Source: Nitrospirota bacterium (lineage in GTDB: Bacteria; Nitrospirota; Thermodesulfovibrionia; Thermodesulfovibrionales; Magnetobacteriaceae). From it: a DNA stretch of 64,000 nt. Each line of letters begins with the position of its first letter. Position 1 is the first letter of the stretch. The DNA lies in the NCBI GenBank assembly GCA_015233245.1, contig JADFYB010000001.1:23386-87385 (forward strand). The letters run 5' to 3'. Below, piece by piece: positions 26,075 through 36,126 of this stretch. A model generated the notes under the pieces. The model saw nothing but the letters and a program-made list of their open reading frames with translations. It was not told the origin of the DNA and ran no database searches. The position numbers and the translations under genes were made by a program.

Positions 26075-28214
26075 CGTTCAACCTCCTTTTTCTATATGCT
26101 TTCAATATAATATACAAAGTAGAGCCTATGACTGTCACGGCTAATCCAATGGCTACATAGTATAGCCACGGATAAACGTACAAGTACATATCCAATTTTG
26201 ATGTTGCACCGGATTTACCGGCAAAATATCTTCCCCCGACATTTAAAGAATTTACTTTAAAGTTTGGCGGAGTAAGGTCTATCAGACTCAAATCTCCTTT
26301 GCAATCTCCCTGAACATTAGGATCTAAAAGGGCATCAGAGAGAGCAAAAACATCTTTTGTCGTTGCGGCAGTCAACAGTATTGCTGTCCTGCCCTCGGCA
26401 TATGGCGATTGAAATTCCATGAGAGCGCCTTTGCCCTCACTTATGCTAACTGTTTGCTTACTGAGGGCAATAGTTATCTCATCACTCCAACTCTTTACAA
26501 CAGGATATGGAATCACAGACTTGGCAGTGAGTTTAAGTGGCGTTAACTTTTTAATATTATCAGGCAGAGTGCCGGTGTCTCCAATTATGATAACCTCCCC
26601 TTTCCAGTTTATTGGATTAGTGTAGGTAAACTTTGTCTCAAACAGAGGGTAGCCGTTTTTTTGAGTAATAAGTCCAATTAAGTTAAAAGCTGCGGCTATG
26701 TTGTCTAAATTAGCGTTTGTCAGATATAACAGTGATTCAAAGCCATCCGGCCATCGTGTGACAGGAAAACCGCTGCTCATAAAAAGTTCCAGCTTTGGTA
26801 AATCCACGATATGAGGCATTGCCGGAAATTTCATCGAGGATTTCCCGAATATGGTCAAAAACAGACTCCTGTCCTGAGGCAACTCACAATTCTTACTGAC
26901 CGAGGGCACCATAATGGGTTCAAAAGTAAGCAAATTGGAACCCACTTTAAACATATGCGTAGGTATGTTTATCTTGTAATCCTCAATGATTGCGCCATTT
27001 TGGTTATCAAGACGTATTGCAGAGACATGTACGTTGTTTATTAAAATATTCAAAACAGAATCGGATCTCATTCCGGCACCATATGCGGTTGTCAGAATAA
27101 TCTCTGCGTATTGATTTGGTTTTATGAAAAAATCCGGCGACAGACGGAAAGAAATATCCTTAGACATTGAGTTAAATCCCTTAAAAGTATAATCGTTGAA
27201 ATCCATGGTCTTAAAGCTGTACTTTTTGTTTGGAACGATTGTTTGTCTGCCTCCGTAGAGGGTGATGTCTGGGAGAGTCAACTCAGAAATAGTCGTTTCG
27301 CTGGTGTCAGGATATGGAAGGGAAATAACAGACATTGTTTCTGCTGCCAGTTTCACCTCATCTACGTTTTTACCGGAGATTACAAGAAGCATATGCTGCG
27401 TGTCAGTTTTTTCCCCGGCTGGTAAACTCATAACTTTAAGAAACGGCCCCTTAATTTCACTTAAGGCGACACCTTTTTGCTTAAGATAATCAGTTATAAA
27501 GCTGCTTTCTCCCACGATAACATTGTCAACCCCTGGTTTAATATCTTTAGAGACAGTAAAGATCACCTTTTTATAGTCGAATTTTTTAGCAATGCTTGAT
27601 GCCACTATGCCGACATTTGTGATCATGTCCTCTTTAGTGTTTGACACAACGACATTGATCTCGCCATATGGCAGAATTTTGGGGTCAAACAGAAATTTAT
27701 CAAGGGATGATAATTTCTGAGGCACGGGACGCAGGGAGTACTGAAGTTCTAAAAAAGCCTGGTCAAGCTTTAGCGTGGTCCAGAGCTCTTTGGCACACGT
27801 ATCTTCACACTCATTGGTATAGTGCTGGGCCACCTCAAAAGTCAGGCGATTATAACCCGAATCAAACAAAAGTTCCGGTAAAACTATTTTAGCGCTTTTA
27901 TCAGGAAACTGGGGATTGAGACTAAACTGCTCCACAGGAAAGCCGTTTAACCTGACAACCATGCGGGATCTGTTGGGTAAGAGTGCTGTTGAGTTGGTGT
28001 AACTGAATTCAAGTACTGCTTTTTCCACTTTCCATCTCTCAGGAATTGCTATAGATATTTCAGCCGCAGCGCTTGAGCATTTAAGATCCATTGCTTTAAC
28101 GGGAGATAGCTTATATAAGGGAAGTTTGATTACCTCTGCCTCAGCAACTTGTAAAAATAAAAATAGCCATAAGAAGTACATTGCTATCAGAGCAAATACG
28201 CTCTTTGCTTTCAT
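26046..28214 (-). CDS. bcsB: Cellulose synthase subunit B (periplasmic, C-terminal TM anchor)
   Basis: The signal peptide begins at MKAKSVFALIAMYF, and I prefer the ATG at 28214 over the track start at 28265. A ~700-aa periplasmic region ends in one TM helix (YVAIGLAVTVIGSTLYIIL). The gene lies between bcsA and bcsZ. Confidence 0.85.
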   Translation of the reverse strand: MKAKSVFALIAMYFLWLFLFLQVAEAEVIKLPLYKLSPVKAMDLKCSSAAAEISIAIPERWKVEKAVLEFSYTNSTALLPNRSRMVVRLNGFPVEQFSLNPQFPDKSAKIVLPELLFDSGYNRLTFEVAQHYTNECEDTCAKELWTTLKLDQAFLELQYSLRPVPQKLSSLDKFLFDPKILPYGEINVVVSNTKEDMITNVGIVASSIAKKFDYKKVIFTVSKDIKPGVDNVIVGESSFITDYLKQKGVALSEIKGPFLKVMSLPAGEKTDTQHMLLVISGKNVDEVKLAAETMSVISLPYPDTSETTISELTLPDITLYGGRQTIVPNKKYSFKTMDFNDYTFKGFNSMSKDISFRLSPDFFIKPNQYAEIILTTAYGAGMRSDSVLNILINNVHVSAIRLDNQNGAIIEDYKINIPTHMFKVGSNLLTFEPIMVPSVSKNCELPQDRSLFLTIFGKSSMKFPAMPHIVDLPKLELFMSSGFPVTRWPDGFESLLYLTNANLDNIAAAFNLIGLITQKNGYPLFETKFTYTNPINWKGEVIIIGDTGTLPDNIKKLTPLKLTAKSVIPYPVVKSWSDEITIALSKQTVSISEGKGALMEFQSPYAEGRTAILLTAATTKDVFALSDALLDPNVQGDCKGDLSLIDLTPPNFKVNSLNVGGRYFAGKSGATSKLDMYLYVYPWLYYVAIGLAVTVIGSTLYIILKAYRKRRLNVGKNTDHSG

Positions 28215-28281
28215 GTTAGTTAAACATCTCTTTTTATTGTATAATTCCAGCGACAAATGTATCAAATTTCCGGCATATAAG

Positions 28282-30438
28282 TCAAGCAGTGCTCCGGTTT
28301 GGCCTTAAATATTTCCACTGTCGTTTGATTAACTGAAAAATCATCTGAAAAATTACCGCAAAGCTCTTTTTAGTGCCTGTGATTCCCAGGGTTAAGAGGA
28401 CAAAAATTATTCTTAAGGTATTTGGAGTCTTTCTTCTTTTATTCCAGAAATCCACCCACCTCTGGCTGTCACCGTAAACCAACCCTACGATTGTTTTAAA
28501 TGTTTCCTCATTTAAAACAATAAACTCACAACCGCAAAGAATATAGGTTCCCTTTTGGAAAATTCTCTGAACTCTTGCCTGAACAGAATATAGGTTTCCG
28601 TAACTATCACTAAAGGAGATGGTAACTTCATCAAGTTGTTTTAAAGAAGCTGAAAGACCAAGCTCAACACTTGCGCCAGAGAGGGAGAGGTCAGTAATTA
28701 ATCCTGCAACAGGTTCATTTGATTGCGGCAAGTAAACGCTTGTCTTATAATTTGCCCACAAACGATGATGGCGGCGCACTTGCCTGCGTTCAAAGAAAGC
28801 TCCAAGCGAGGCCATTGCCAAAATTAAGTTAAAGACGCTCCATGCTGACGTAACAGCTATAACATCTCTGTACAAAGGAAACTCAAACCACCTTATAATG
28901 GCAACCGGCACAGCTATGAACATTATTAAGGTCATAATTAAGAAAGGAATCGCCATTTTACTTAACGATTCACTCTCGGATGTTTGACCCTTAGGCGTTA
29001 CCTTAAATGAGGGGGAACGAGGATTAAGCACCACGCCAAGCACTGCCGGAAAAAGATATATTGACTGTACGCTCTCAAACAGGTCTGAAAAGAACGGCCA
29101 TCTGTACTTTCCTGAAATATACTCCGTAAGAATTAACGAACTCAACAAGTGAGGTAACGCATAAATAAGCACCTGTGATGTGGAGGCAAAAAATATCTTA
29201 AGGTTAAGCAGCAAGAAAGCTGCCGGTGCCACATAGAAAATAACCCTTGATATTCCAAAAAACCAAAAACCGCAGTCATTGATATAACAAATTAGCTGAT
29301 AGAACTTAAGTCCCTTAATAAAAAGCGGGTTTTTTAAAATAAAAATCTGTACCATACCCTGTGCCCACCTGCTTCTTTGCAGGATAAAATCATCAAATGT
29401 CTCAGGGGAAAGACCACAAACCATGGGGCGGCCATAGTATATGCTGTTATAACCCATGCCATGCAAAGACAGTGCGGTCTCAGCATCCTCAGTAATTGTC
29501 TCTCCGCTAATTCCGCCAACCTCTACAAGGTATTTTCTTCTCATAATGGCGGCAGAACCGCAAAAAAACGAAGCATTCCAGAAATCAAGCCCCGGCTGCC
29601 CTCCGCGGTAAAACATCTCGTTTTCAGCGGGCGCATCCGCAAATACGGCAAGGTTTTTCTCCACTGTGCTTGAATTGATGAAAAAGTGGGGAGTCTGAAC
29701 AAAGGCAAGTTTTTCATCTCTTATGAAATATCCAACGGTGTTTTTCAATATGTCTTTTGCGGGAACATGATCGCAGTCCAGAATCAGTATGAGGTCAGAA
29801 TTAGTATATCCAAAAGCATGATTAAGATTACCAGCCTTTGCATGGATGTTTCGTTCTCTTGTGATGTAGCCTGCGCCAAACTCTCTGGCCATTCTTCTGA
29901 ATTCATAATGACGCTCCCATGCCGCTGTAGAAAGTTTAGGATTGCTTCTTCTTGCCATAGTACCGCCATCATCAAGCACATAGACGTGGAGCTTGTCTTT
30001 AGGATAATCTACCTGAAGCGCCGCAATTACCGTTACTTTGACTAATTCAAGGGGCTCGTTATACGTCGGAATGAATATGTCCACTGAGGGATATAACGCG
30101 GTGTCAGCAGGCAAAGGCACTGGTTCATTTTCCGTGGGCCAGAGGCTTACAAAAAGCGACAGAAAATGTAGAGTAATCCCATAAAGTTCAGCCAGATATA
30201 GCAGACTCATCCCTATAAAGTCCGAGACGTCAGTATATATAAGCGTTTCAAAAGTCCGCCAGTACAGATACCGCAGTGTTATGAGAGAAGCAATAAGCAT
30301 AAAATGAATACGCCACGGTGGATATTTAAACTTTTTTATGCGGTTAAAAACTATCAGTATTGCTATCAATCCCCAACTAACTATCGCTTGTGCATAAATG
30401 GGCAGGAGTAAGCCAATGATGTGAAAATACAGCAACAC
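28282..30438 (-). CDS. bcsA: Cellulose synthase catalytic subunit (UDP-forming) with C-terminal PilZ domain
   Basis: GT2 motifs are present: VLDDGG, DCDH, TEDAETA and QRSRWAQG (QxxRW). PilZ motifs are RRHHR (RxxxR) and DLSLSG (DxSxxG). The track start is a GTG, so the exact start is uncertain. Confidence 0.95.
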   Translation of the reverse strand: MLLYFHIIGLLLPIYAQAIVSWGLIAILIVFNRIKKFKYPPWRIHFMLIASLITLRYLYWRTFETLIYTDVSDFIGMSLLYLAELYGITLHFLSLFVSLWPTENEPVPLPADTALYPSVDIFIPTYNEPLELVKVTVIAALQVDYPKDKLHVYVLDDGGTMARRSNPKLSTAAWERHYEFRRMAREFGAGYITRERNIHAKAGNLNHAFGYTNSDLILILDCDHVPAKDILKNTVGYFIRDEKLAFVQTPHFFINSSTVEKNLAVFADAPAENEMFYRGGQPGLDFWNASFFCGSAAIMRRKYLVEVGGISGETITEDAETALSLHGMGYNSIYYGRPMVCGLSPETFDDFILQRSRWAQGMVQIFILKNPLFIKGLKFYQLICYINDCGFWFFGISRVIFYVAPAAFLLLNLKIFFASTSQVLIYALPHLLSSLILTEYISGKYRWPFFSDLFESVQSIYLFPAVLGVVLNPRSPSFKVTPKGQTSESESLSKMAIPFLIMTLIMFIAVPVAIIRWFEFPLYRDVIAVTSAWSVFNLILAMASLGAFFERRQVRRHHRLWANYKTSVYLPQSNEPVAGLITDLSLSGASVELGLSASLKQLDEVTISFSDSYGNLYSVQARVQRIFQKGTYILCGCEFIVLNEETFKTIVGLVYGDSQRWVDFWNKRRKTPNTLRIIFVLLTLGITGTKKSFAVIFQMIFQLIKRQWKYLRPNRSTA

Positions 30439-30514
30439 AGCTGCGCCTAACGCTATGTATATGCCAACTGTATAGCCCTTCCTTGTTAGTACGAAGTGTC
30501 TGTGTATGAAGTGC

Positions 30515-31387
30515 CTAATTGGTATCCTTATCTACTCCATGATGTAAAGTGCGCTTTTGGGGAGCATCAGGAGCTGTTAGTACATTGATACCCCTTACAA
30601 TCAAAAAGACCACAAGAAACGTCAATACAAGATAAATTATCATTTTGACATACTGGGAACTTTTTTTCTTTTCCGGGTGCACAGCAACAGTTTCAGCAGC
30701 CTCATCTTTTTCTATTTCATTAGGATTCCAGTAGGCTTTGTATATCTTAAACTCGCCGGATTTTCCTTTAAGAGACGTTGTCTTAACAAACCTGCAGAAT
30801 ATTTCATCCTTAGCCTCTCCGGCTGCGATCTTTGCATTCACACGCTCTTTCATAGCATGGTATGTTTCCTCGGAGATATAAATCTCACTGGGATTGGCCT
30901 GACTTTCAAATCTTGATGCAACATTAACGACATCGCCAAATATGTCGGTTTTTTCCACAATGCCCTGTCCGGTATGTATGCCGATTCGAATAAGAATAGG
31001 GACTACTGATATTTTTGCAAGATTAAACTCATCAATTGCTCTTTGTATTGCTGCTGCTGCCTCCACTGCATCAGAGGCATCCTCAAAATATGACATCGTG
31101 CCGTCTCCCATAGTTTTTACGAGTGTCCCATTGTTTAGGGATATAATTGGAAACACGATTTCATTGTGCTGCTTAAGTATTGTTCTGTGAAACATATCGC
31201 CATGTTGCTCGGCAAGGGCAGTTGAACCTTTAAGGTCGGTAAACATGACCGTTATGATTTTTACGAATTTATTCTTAAATAACTCATCAAGCTTCTCACG
31301 CTGCGAAATAATATCTTCTACGCCTAATTGCTCTGCTGAACCCTTCTCTTGTGCGCCCTCTCCTACAATGCCGTCTTTCTCGCCCAT
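30515..31387 (-). CDS. Class III adenylate/guanylate cyclase with a single C-terminal TM helix
   Basis: VTVMFTDLKGSTALAEQHGD...VKTMGDGTMSYF...IRIGIHTGQGIVEKTDIFGDVVNVASRFES is a canonical CYCc domain. The C-terminal MIIYLVLTFLVVFLIV is a TM anchor. Confidence 0.9.
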   Translation of the reverse strand: MGEKDGIVGEGAQEKGSAEQLGVEDIISQREKLDELFKNKFVKIITVMFTDLKGSTALAEQHGDMFHRTILKQHNEIVFPIISLNNGTLVKTMGDGTMSYFEDASDAVEAAAAIQRAIDEFNLAKISVVPILIRIGIHTGQGIVEKTDIFGDVVNVASRFESQANPSEIYISEETYHAMKERVNAKIAAGEAKDEIFCRFVKTTSLKGKSGEFKIYKAYWNPNEIEKDEAAETVAVHPEKKKSSQYVKMIIYLVLTFLVVFLIVRGINVLTAPDAPQKRTLHHGVDKDTN

Positions 31388-31591
31388 TGTAACTGTACCT
31401 CCATACTACATTTTCTGATATGCAGCAAATGTTATGATAAAAACCCAAACTAAAAAATTAACTGCATTATAAAACAACGATAAGATAACACAAATACGGA
31501 AATACGTCAAGTTTTTTCAGGTGTTATTGACAGAGGTTTTCATTCTAAATTGCGTAAAAGGTAAAATGACATGAATTCATGTTATAGGTTT

Positions 31592-31620
31592 TTGACATTT
31601 ATCTCAGTCACCATTATAAT
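31592..31620 (+). promoter_or_regulatory. Consensus sigma70 promoter for the hybrid histidine kinase gene
   Basis: TTGACA (31592..31597), a 17-nt spacer and TATAAT (31615..31620) lie 48 nt upstream of the ATG at 31669. Confidence 0.5.
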
Positions 31621-31668
31621 AGAATTTGCATAGAAAAGCTTAACAGCAGCAAAGGCATAGGTTATTAA

Positions 31669-34269
31669 ATGGAGGAAAATATCACAGCAACAGGTAATTA
31701 CAGTCTAATCCGCAGTTTGCCGCTTTGGGGGTTAATTATCTCTGTGCTGTATCTAAGCACTTTTGGGGGATATTTGGTTTTTCATACCCTTGCTGAGTTG
31801 TTTTGTGTGATTATAGCATTTTGTATTTTTATTCTTTCCTGGAACACACGCCGGTATATGCAAAATAACTATCTTTTCTTTATTGGCATTTCGTACCTTT
31901 TTATTGGCAGTCTTGATATATTGCACACACTTACCTATGAGGGTATGAATTTAATACACACTCACAGTATTGGCGAGACAATCGAAATATGGATTTCTAC
32001 GAGATACATTGAGAGTATGTCCCTGCTTATTGCTCCACTGCTCTTATACAAGAAAAGACTCAGCAGTTTTTATATATTTAGTGCTTATGTGATTGTAACC
32101 ATGCTGGTGTTTGTCTCAGTTTTCATATTAAATAACTTCCCAGAGTGTTATACAGAAAGAATCGGGCTTACCCCATTTAAAAAATGCAGTGAATACCTCA
32201 TTTGCTGCATTTTAGCAGTTTCGTTGCTGCTACTGTTTAGAAAAAGGAGTTTTTTCGATAAAGATGTTTTAAGACTATCTGCCGCCTCCATATCTTTTGC
32301 AATACTGACAGAGCTATGCTTTACAACTTATATCGGTTTATATGACTCGATTAACATGATAGGTCATTTTTTTAAGGTGTTTTCCTACTATTTCATTTAT
32401 AGAGCCATAGTTGTGACGGGCATTAATAAACCCTTTGACCTGTTGTTCAGAACTCTGAAAATAAGTGAGGATTCACTTCAAAAAATTAATACCGAACTCG
32501 AACAAAGGGTTGAAAACCGTACTATGTTGCTTTTGGAGGAGATTCATCAGCGGAAAAATATCGAAAGTAACCTTGCCCGTTTAAACCGTGTGTATGCCGT
32601 TGTAAGTGAGACAACTCATCTGATTGTGCACGTTTCCAATAAAGGAGAGCTACTGGATAAAATATGCAAGGTGGGGGTTGAGCAGGGATCTTTTATGTTT
32701 GTAGCAATAATCAGATACAACGAGTATAACTATACTCTTGAACCTCTGACTTTTAGCGGACTTGCAGAGAGTTATCCGGACTCAGTGACCCTCGTTTCAG
32801 AGTGTGATGACAAGAACTCTGATCCGATTCAAAGAACCATTCAGACTGGTACCTTCTACATATGTAATGACATCAGTTCTAACGAACCATGCTCTAAGAG
32901 GAAAGAAGAGGCGTTAAGGCAAGGGTATCAGTCTTATGCTGTGTTTCCCTTAAAAGTTTTTGAAAAAAATGAAGAAGCCATTATGTTTTACTCCGGAGAG
33001 CCGGATTTTTTTAGCGAAGAGGAAATCCATCTGCTTGATGAGTTATCCGGAGATGTTTCGTACGCTCTTGAAAATATGGAAAAGGAAAAGATAAAAAACC
33101 AGATAGAGCAGCAGAACAAAACGCTTGAGGAGCAGCTTGTCCGTTCTCAGAAAATGGAGGTCATAGGGCAACTTTCCGGTGGCATTGCCCATGATTTCAA
33201 TAACATCTTATTTTCAATAACAAATTACATTTATCTACTGCTTAAGAACATGGATGAGATTCATCCACTAAGAAAATATGCCGAGGGCATACGATTAGCC
33301 TCGGAAAAGGCGTCTAATCTTACAAGATCACTTCTTGATTTCAGCAGAAAACAGGTAACTCAACCCAGAGTAGTTCATTTAAACGATGTTATATCGCACA
33401 TGGAGCCGATACTGAGGCGTCTTATTCCTGAGGAAACAGAGCTCAGAGTGGAACTAACAGATGATAACCCCAGCATAATGGCAGACCCCTCTCAATTTGA
33501 GCAGGTGCTTTTAAACCTTGTGGCCAATGCACGTGATTCCATGCCTGAGGGAGGATTTCTAATTATAAAAACTGTGCTTGTTCAGCTTAACAGGCCCTAC
33601 ATTGGTAAAAGCCGCCGTGATGTCAAAGGCCCGTATGCGCTCTTAGTTGTGACAGATACCGGCTGCGGGATGGATGCTGAGGTTATGAGCAGGATTTATG
33701 AGCCATTTTATACGACTAAAGAGATTGGCAAAGGGACAGGTTTGGGACTTTCCACCGTGTATGGAATAGTGAAACAGCATAATGGCCTGATTAACGTCTA
33801 TAGTGAGCCAGAATTAGGCACATCTTTTAAGGTGTATTTTCCGTTAGCAAATATCAGGGCAGAGCAGTTGAAGGTAGTGGAAAAGGTAGAGGTAAGGGGC
33901 GGAGATGAGACAATCCTGGTAGTTGAGGATGACCCTGAGGTTAGAAAGATTGTGGTAGAGCTCTTGCACGATGCTGGCTATAAAACCATAGAGACAAAAG
34001 ACGGGAATGAGGCTGTGGAAACTTACAGAAAACACAGCGGAGAGATTCATATGGTAATACTGGACGTTATAATGCCAAAGATGAACGGAGAACAGGCCTA
34101 CGATGAGATGAAAGCTGTAAAACCGGGTGTAAAAGCATTGTTTATGAGCGGCTACACCTTTGATTTTTTGTCAAACAGGGAGTTCACAACAGAGAAATTT
34201 GATTTTATATCAAAACCATTATTGGCAGAGGAGTTCTTGTCAAAAGTTAGGGAGATTCTTGATAAGTAG
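31669..34269 (+). CDS. Hybrid sensor histidine kinase: MASE3-like membrane domain, GAF, HisKA, HATPase_c, receiver
   Basis: 866 aa. The N-terminus has 7-8 TM helices and FHTLAELFCVIIAF. The H-box is GGIAHDFNNIL. ATPase boxes are NLVANARDS, DTGCGM and GTGLGLS. The C-terminal receiver has ILVVEDDPEVR...VILDVIMPKMNG. Confidence 0.9.
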   Translation: MEENITATGNYSLIRSLPLWGLIISVLYLSTFGGYLVFHTLAELFCVIIAFCIFILSWNTRRYMQNNYLFFIGISYLFIGSLDILHTLTYEGMNLIHTHSIGETIEIWISTRYIESMSLLIAPLLLYKKRLSSFYIFSAYVIVTMLVFVSVFILNNFPECYTERIGLTPFKKCSEYLICCILAVSLLLLFRKRSFFDKDVLRLSAASISFAILTELCFTTYIGLYDSINMIGHFFKVFSYYFIYRAIVVTGINKPFDLLFRTLKISEDSLQKINTELEQRVENRTMLLLEEIHQRKNIESNLARLNRVYAVVSETTHLIVHVSNKGELLDKICKVGVEQGSFMFVAIIRYNEYNYTLEPLTFSGLAESYPDSVTLVSECDDKNSDPIQRTIQTGTFYICNDISSNEPCSKRKEEALRQGYQSYAVFPLKVFEKNEEAIMFYSGEPDFFSEEEIHLLDELSGDVSYALENMEKEKIKNQIEQQNKTLEEQLVRSQKMEVIGQLSGGIAHDFNNILFSITNYIYLLLKNMDEIHPLRKYAEGIRLASEKASNLTRSLLDFSRKQVTQPRVVHLNDVISHMEPILRRLIPEETELRVELTDDNPSIMADPSQFEQVLLNLVANARDSMPEGGFLIIKTVLVQLNRPYIGKSRRDVKGPYALLVVTDTGCGMDAEVMSRIYEPFYTTKEIGKGTGLGLSTVYGIVKQHNGLINVYSEPELGTSFKVYFPLANIRAEQLKVVEKVEVRGGDETILVVEDDPEVRKIVVELLHDAGYKTIETKDGNEAVETYRKHSGEIHMVILDVIMPKMNGEQAYDEMKAVKPGVKALFMSGYTFDFLSNREFTTEKFDFISKPLLAEEFLSKVREILDK

Positions 34270-35253
34270 GGGCAGGCGTACATAAGCAATATAGTGTTGT
34301 CCCTTTTGCCGGAATACTAATTTGCCGTTGCAGCGCTTTAGAATGTTCTTTGTTATTTCAAGGCCAAGTCCTGTCCCCCTAAGTGAATTAACTGCAAGCT
34401 CATTTCTGATAAACACGTAAACAAAACGGGCATCTGACGACACTCTTATATTAATGAGGCCGTTTGAGTATTTAACTGCATTGTCAATGAGATTATATAG
34501 GATGTCTCCGATGTCGTTGGAATTTGCCGATATAACAAGAGGTTTAACATTTAAATGAAAGACGGTGTTGGTGTCAGAGAGTGCAAAGAACTCTGTTGCT
34601 TCTAAGATACAATCCATCAGATTGACATTCTCCTTTACCGTTTTCCCCTTTTCTCTGAGCATTTTAAAGGTGCGTTTTAAATCACCCTCTATTTTTTCGG
34701 TAGTTGTAAACAGCCTTTGAACTGCTTCTTTTTCGCAGGGATTCTCCTTTAGAATCTCAATATTTATTTTCAGAATTGAGAGAAAATTCCCTATCTTGTG
34801 ATTAAAAGAAAGAAGGAGCATGTTAAGAAATCTCCCGCTGTTTTCAATGTCCCGTACAAATCTGGCAATAATCAAATACGTTATAAGAATCAGGGAAAGA
34901 AACAGCGAGGACTCTATCCCCAGAACTATAATGGCAAAATCCCTTATTTTATCTTCAAAGTATGCTCTTTTGACGTAAAAATATATCAGAGTTCCGTTTA
35001 TGCTTTCCTCTGTCAACAGTGTCAAAGACTTCTTCTCAGTAAGTGTTTTATGGGTTGCCACAATATATTCCGGCAGCCCGCAAGATGTATTTTGCTTGTA
35101 CTGGCGTATTGTTACAGAGAGTTTGTCTAATAAGAGTTCCTCCAGAGTTTTTCTGAAATACGTTACGCTTACAAAATTCAAAATAGCAAACCAAACCACA
35201 CTGGTAAGCATAAATACAATCAGAATCTTGGTACCGGTGTGAAGTTGCTTCAT
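34240..35253 (-). CDS. Membrane sensor histidine kinase
   Basis: 337 aa with two TM helices flanking a periplasmic loop. The H-box-like string is SFNHKIGNFLS, the N-box is NLIDNAVKYS and the G-box is GTGLGLEI. Its 3' end overlaps the convergent hybrid kinase gene by 30 nt. Confidence 0.7.
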   Translation of the reverse strand: MKQLHTGTKILIVFMLTSVVWFAILNFVSVTYFRKTLEELLLDKLSVTIRQYKQNTSCGLPEYIVATHKTLTEKKSLTLLTEESINGTLIYFYVKRAYFEDKIRDFAIIVLGIESSLFLSLILITYLIIARFVRDIENSGRFLNMLLLSFNHKIGNFLSILKINIEILKENPCEKEAVQRLFTTTEKIEGDLKRTFKMLREKGKTVKENVNLMDCILEATEFFALSDTNTVFHLNVKPLVISANSNDIGDILYNLIDNAVKYSNGLINIRVSSDARFVYVFIRNELAVNSLRGTGLGLEITKNILKRCNGKLVFRQKGQHYIAYVRLPLLIKNLPNF

Positions 35254-35301
35254 AATCGGCGCAAACTCAGCACAAGTGGCTGCTAAGCCTGCCTGAAGCC
35301 G

Positions 35302-36045
35302 CTATATTGTGTCAATGACAGCAAATTCAGGCTCATGAAGGGGTAAAAGAATATCAGCCATAGCTTTAATCTTAAGCATTATGTCGTAGGAGTCATAGAC
35401 ATTAACGTGGGTTCCTGGTGGAATAACATCCATGTCCATTCCTCTTATAGCAGGGGGCGGATTGAAATTTTCCATTATACAGCAAAACCCCGTGATAACG
35501 GCCTTACCTGCCGGGGTTTCAACCATAACGCTCATACCGCCCTCGGTGTGAGCCGGAGTGTGAATCATGGTTATCCCGGGCAGTATTTCAGTGTCTTTGG
35601 TAAGCGGTTTAATCTGCCCGCTTTCCTCCACCTCAACAATATAGTCCTCCATGTAGCGGAAATCGAGAGGGTGGGGTTCATGGACTCTCACAAGCTCTTT
35701 TTCATGGACGTAGATGTTAGCGTTTACACATTTATCATCGTTTTCGCAGTGGTCGTTATGTAAGTGTGTATGCAGGATAATGTTTATATCGGAGGGGGCA
35801 AGGTTCCATTTAGCAAGCCCATCTTCAAAAGTATAAATCTTTGCGCCGAGAGCTTTCTGGCGCGCTTCGGAACGCCCTGGAGCAGCCTCACCAGTATCAA
35901 CGACAATTCTCACACCCTCGCCCTCTATCAGCCAGCAGTATATTGGAATGTTATACATTTGTCCGTAGCCGTACTGATAGGTCATCATAGTTTTATCAAA
36001 CAACTTTGAACCCATCACGATGGGATGAATCTTATACTGTGCCAT
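35302..36045 (-). CDS. MBL-fold metallo-hydrolase
   Basis: 247 aa with the HxHxDH motif as HTHLHNDHC, plus downstream His and Asp ligands (HTPAHTEGG). Confidence 0.85.
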   Translation of the reverse strand: MAQYKIHPIVMGSKLFDKTMMTYQYGYGQMYNIPIYCWLIEGEGVRIVVDTGEAAPGRSEARQKALGAKIYTFEDGLAKWNLAPSDINIILHTHLHNDHCENDDKCVNANIYVHEKELVRVHEPHPLDFRYMEDYIVEVEESGQIKPLTKDTEILPGITMIHTPAHTEGGMSVMVETPAGKAVITGFCCIMENFNPPPAIRGMDMDVIPPGTHVNVYDSYDIMLKIKAMADILLPLHEPEFAVIDTI

Positions 36046-36126
36046 AGCTGAGCCTCCTTGTTGTATTCTATTTTTGATTATACCAATTTGGCTTTAAAAA
36101 AGTAATTTTAACAGCCTCAGATTTAA

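Noticed and set aside
14205-28265. Longer N-termini proposed by the ORF track for several genes (14205, 26046..28265, 37676, 42707, 46027, 46936, 57203).
   Set aside because: Several track starts are non-ATG codons (TTG at 37676, for example), or they add residues ahead of a clear signal peptide, Rossmann fold or RBS-preceded ATG. I shortened these genes to the internal ATG. The choices remain unverified.
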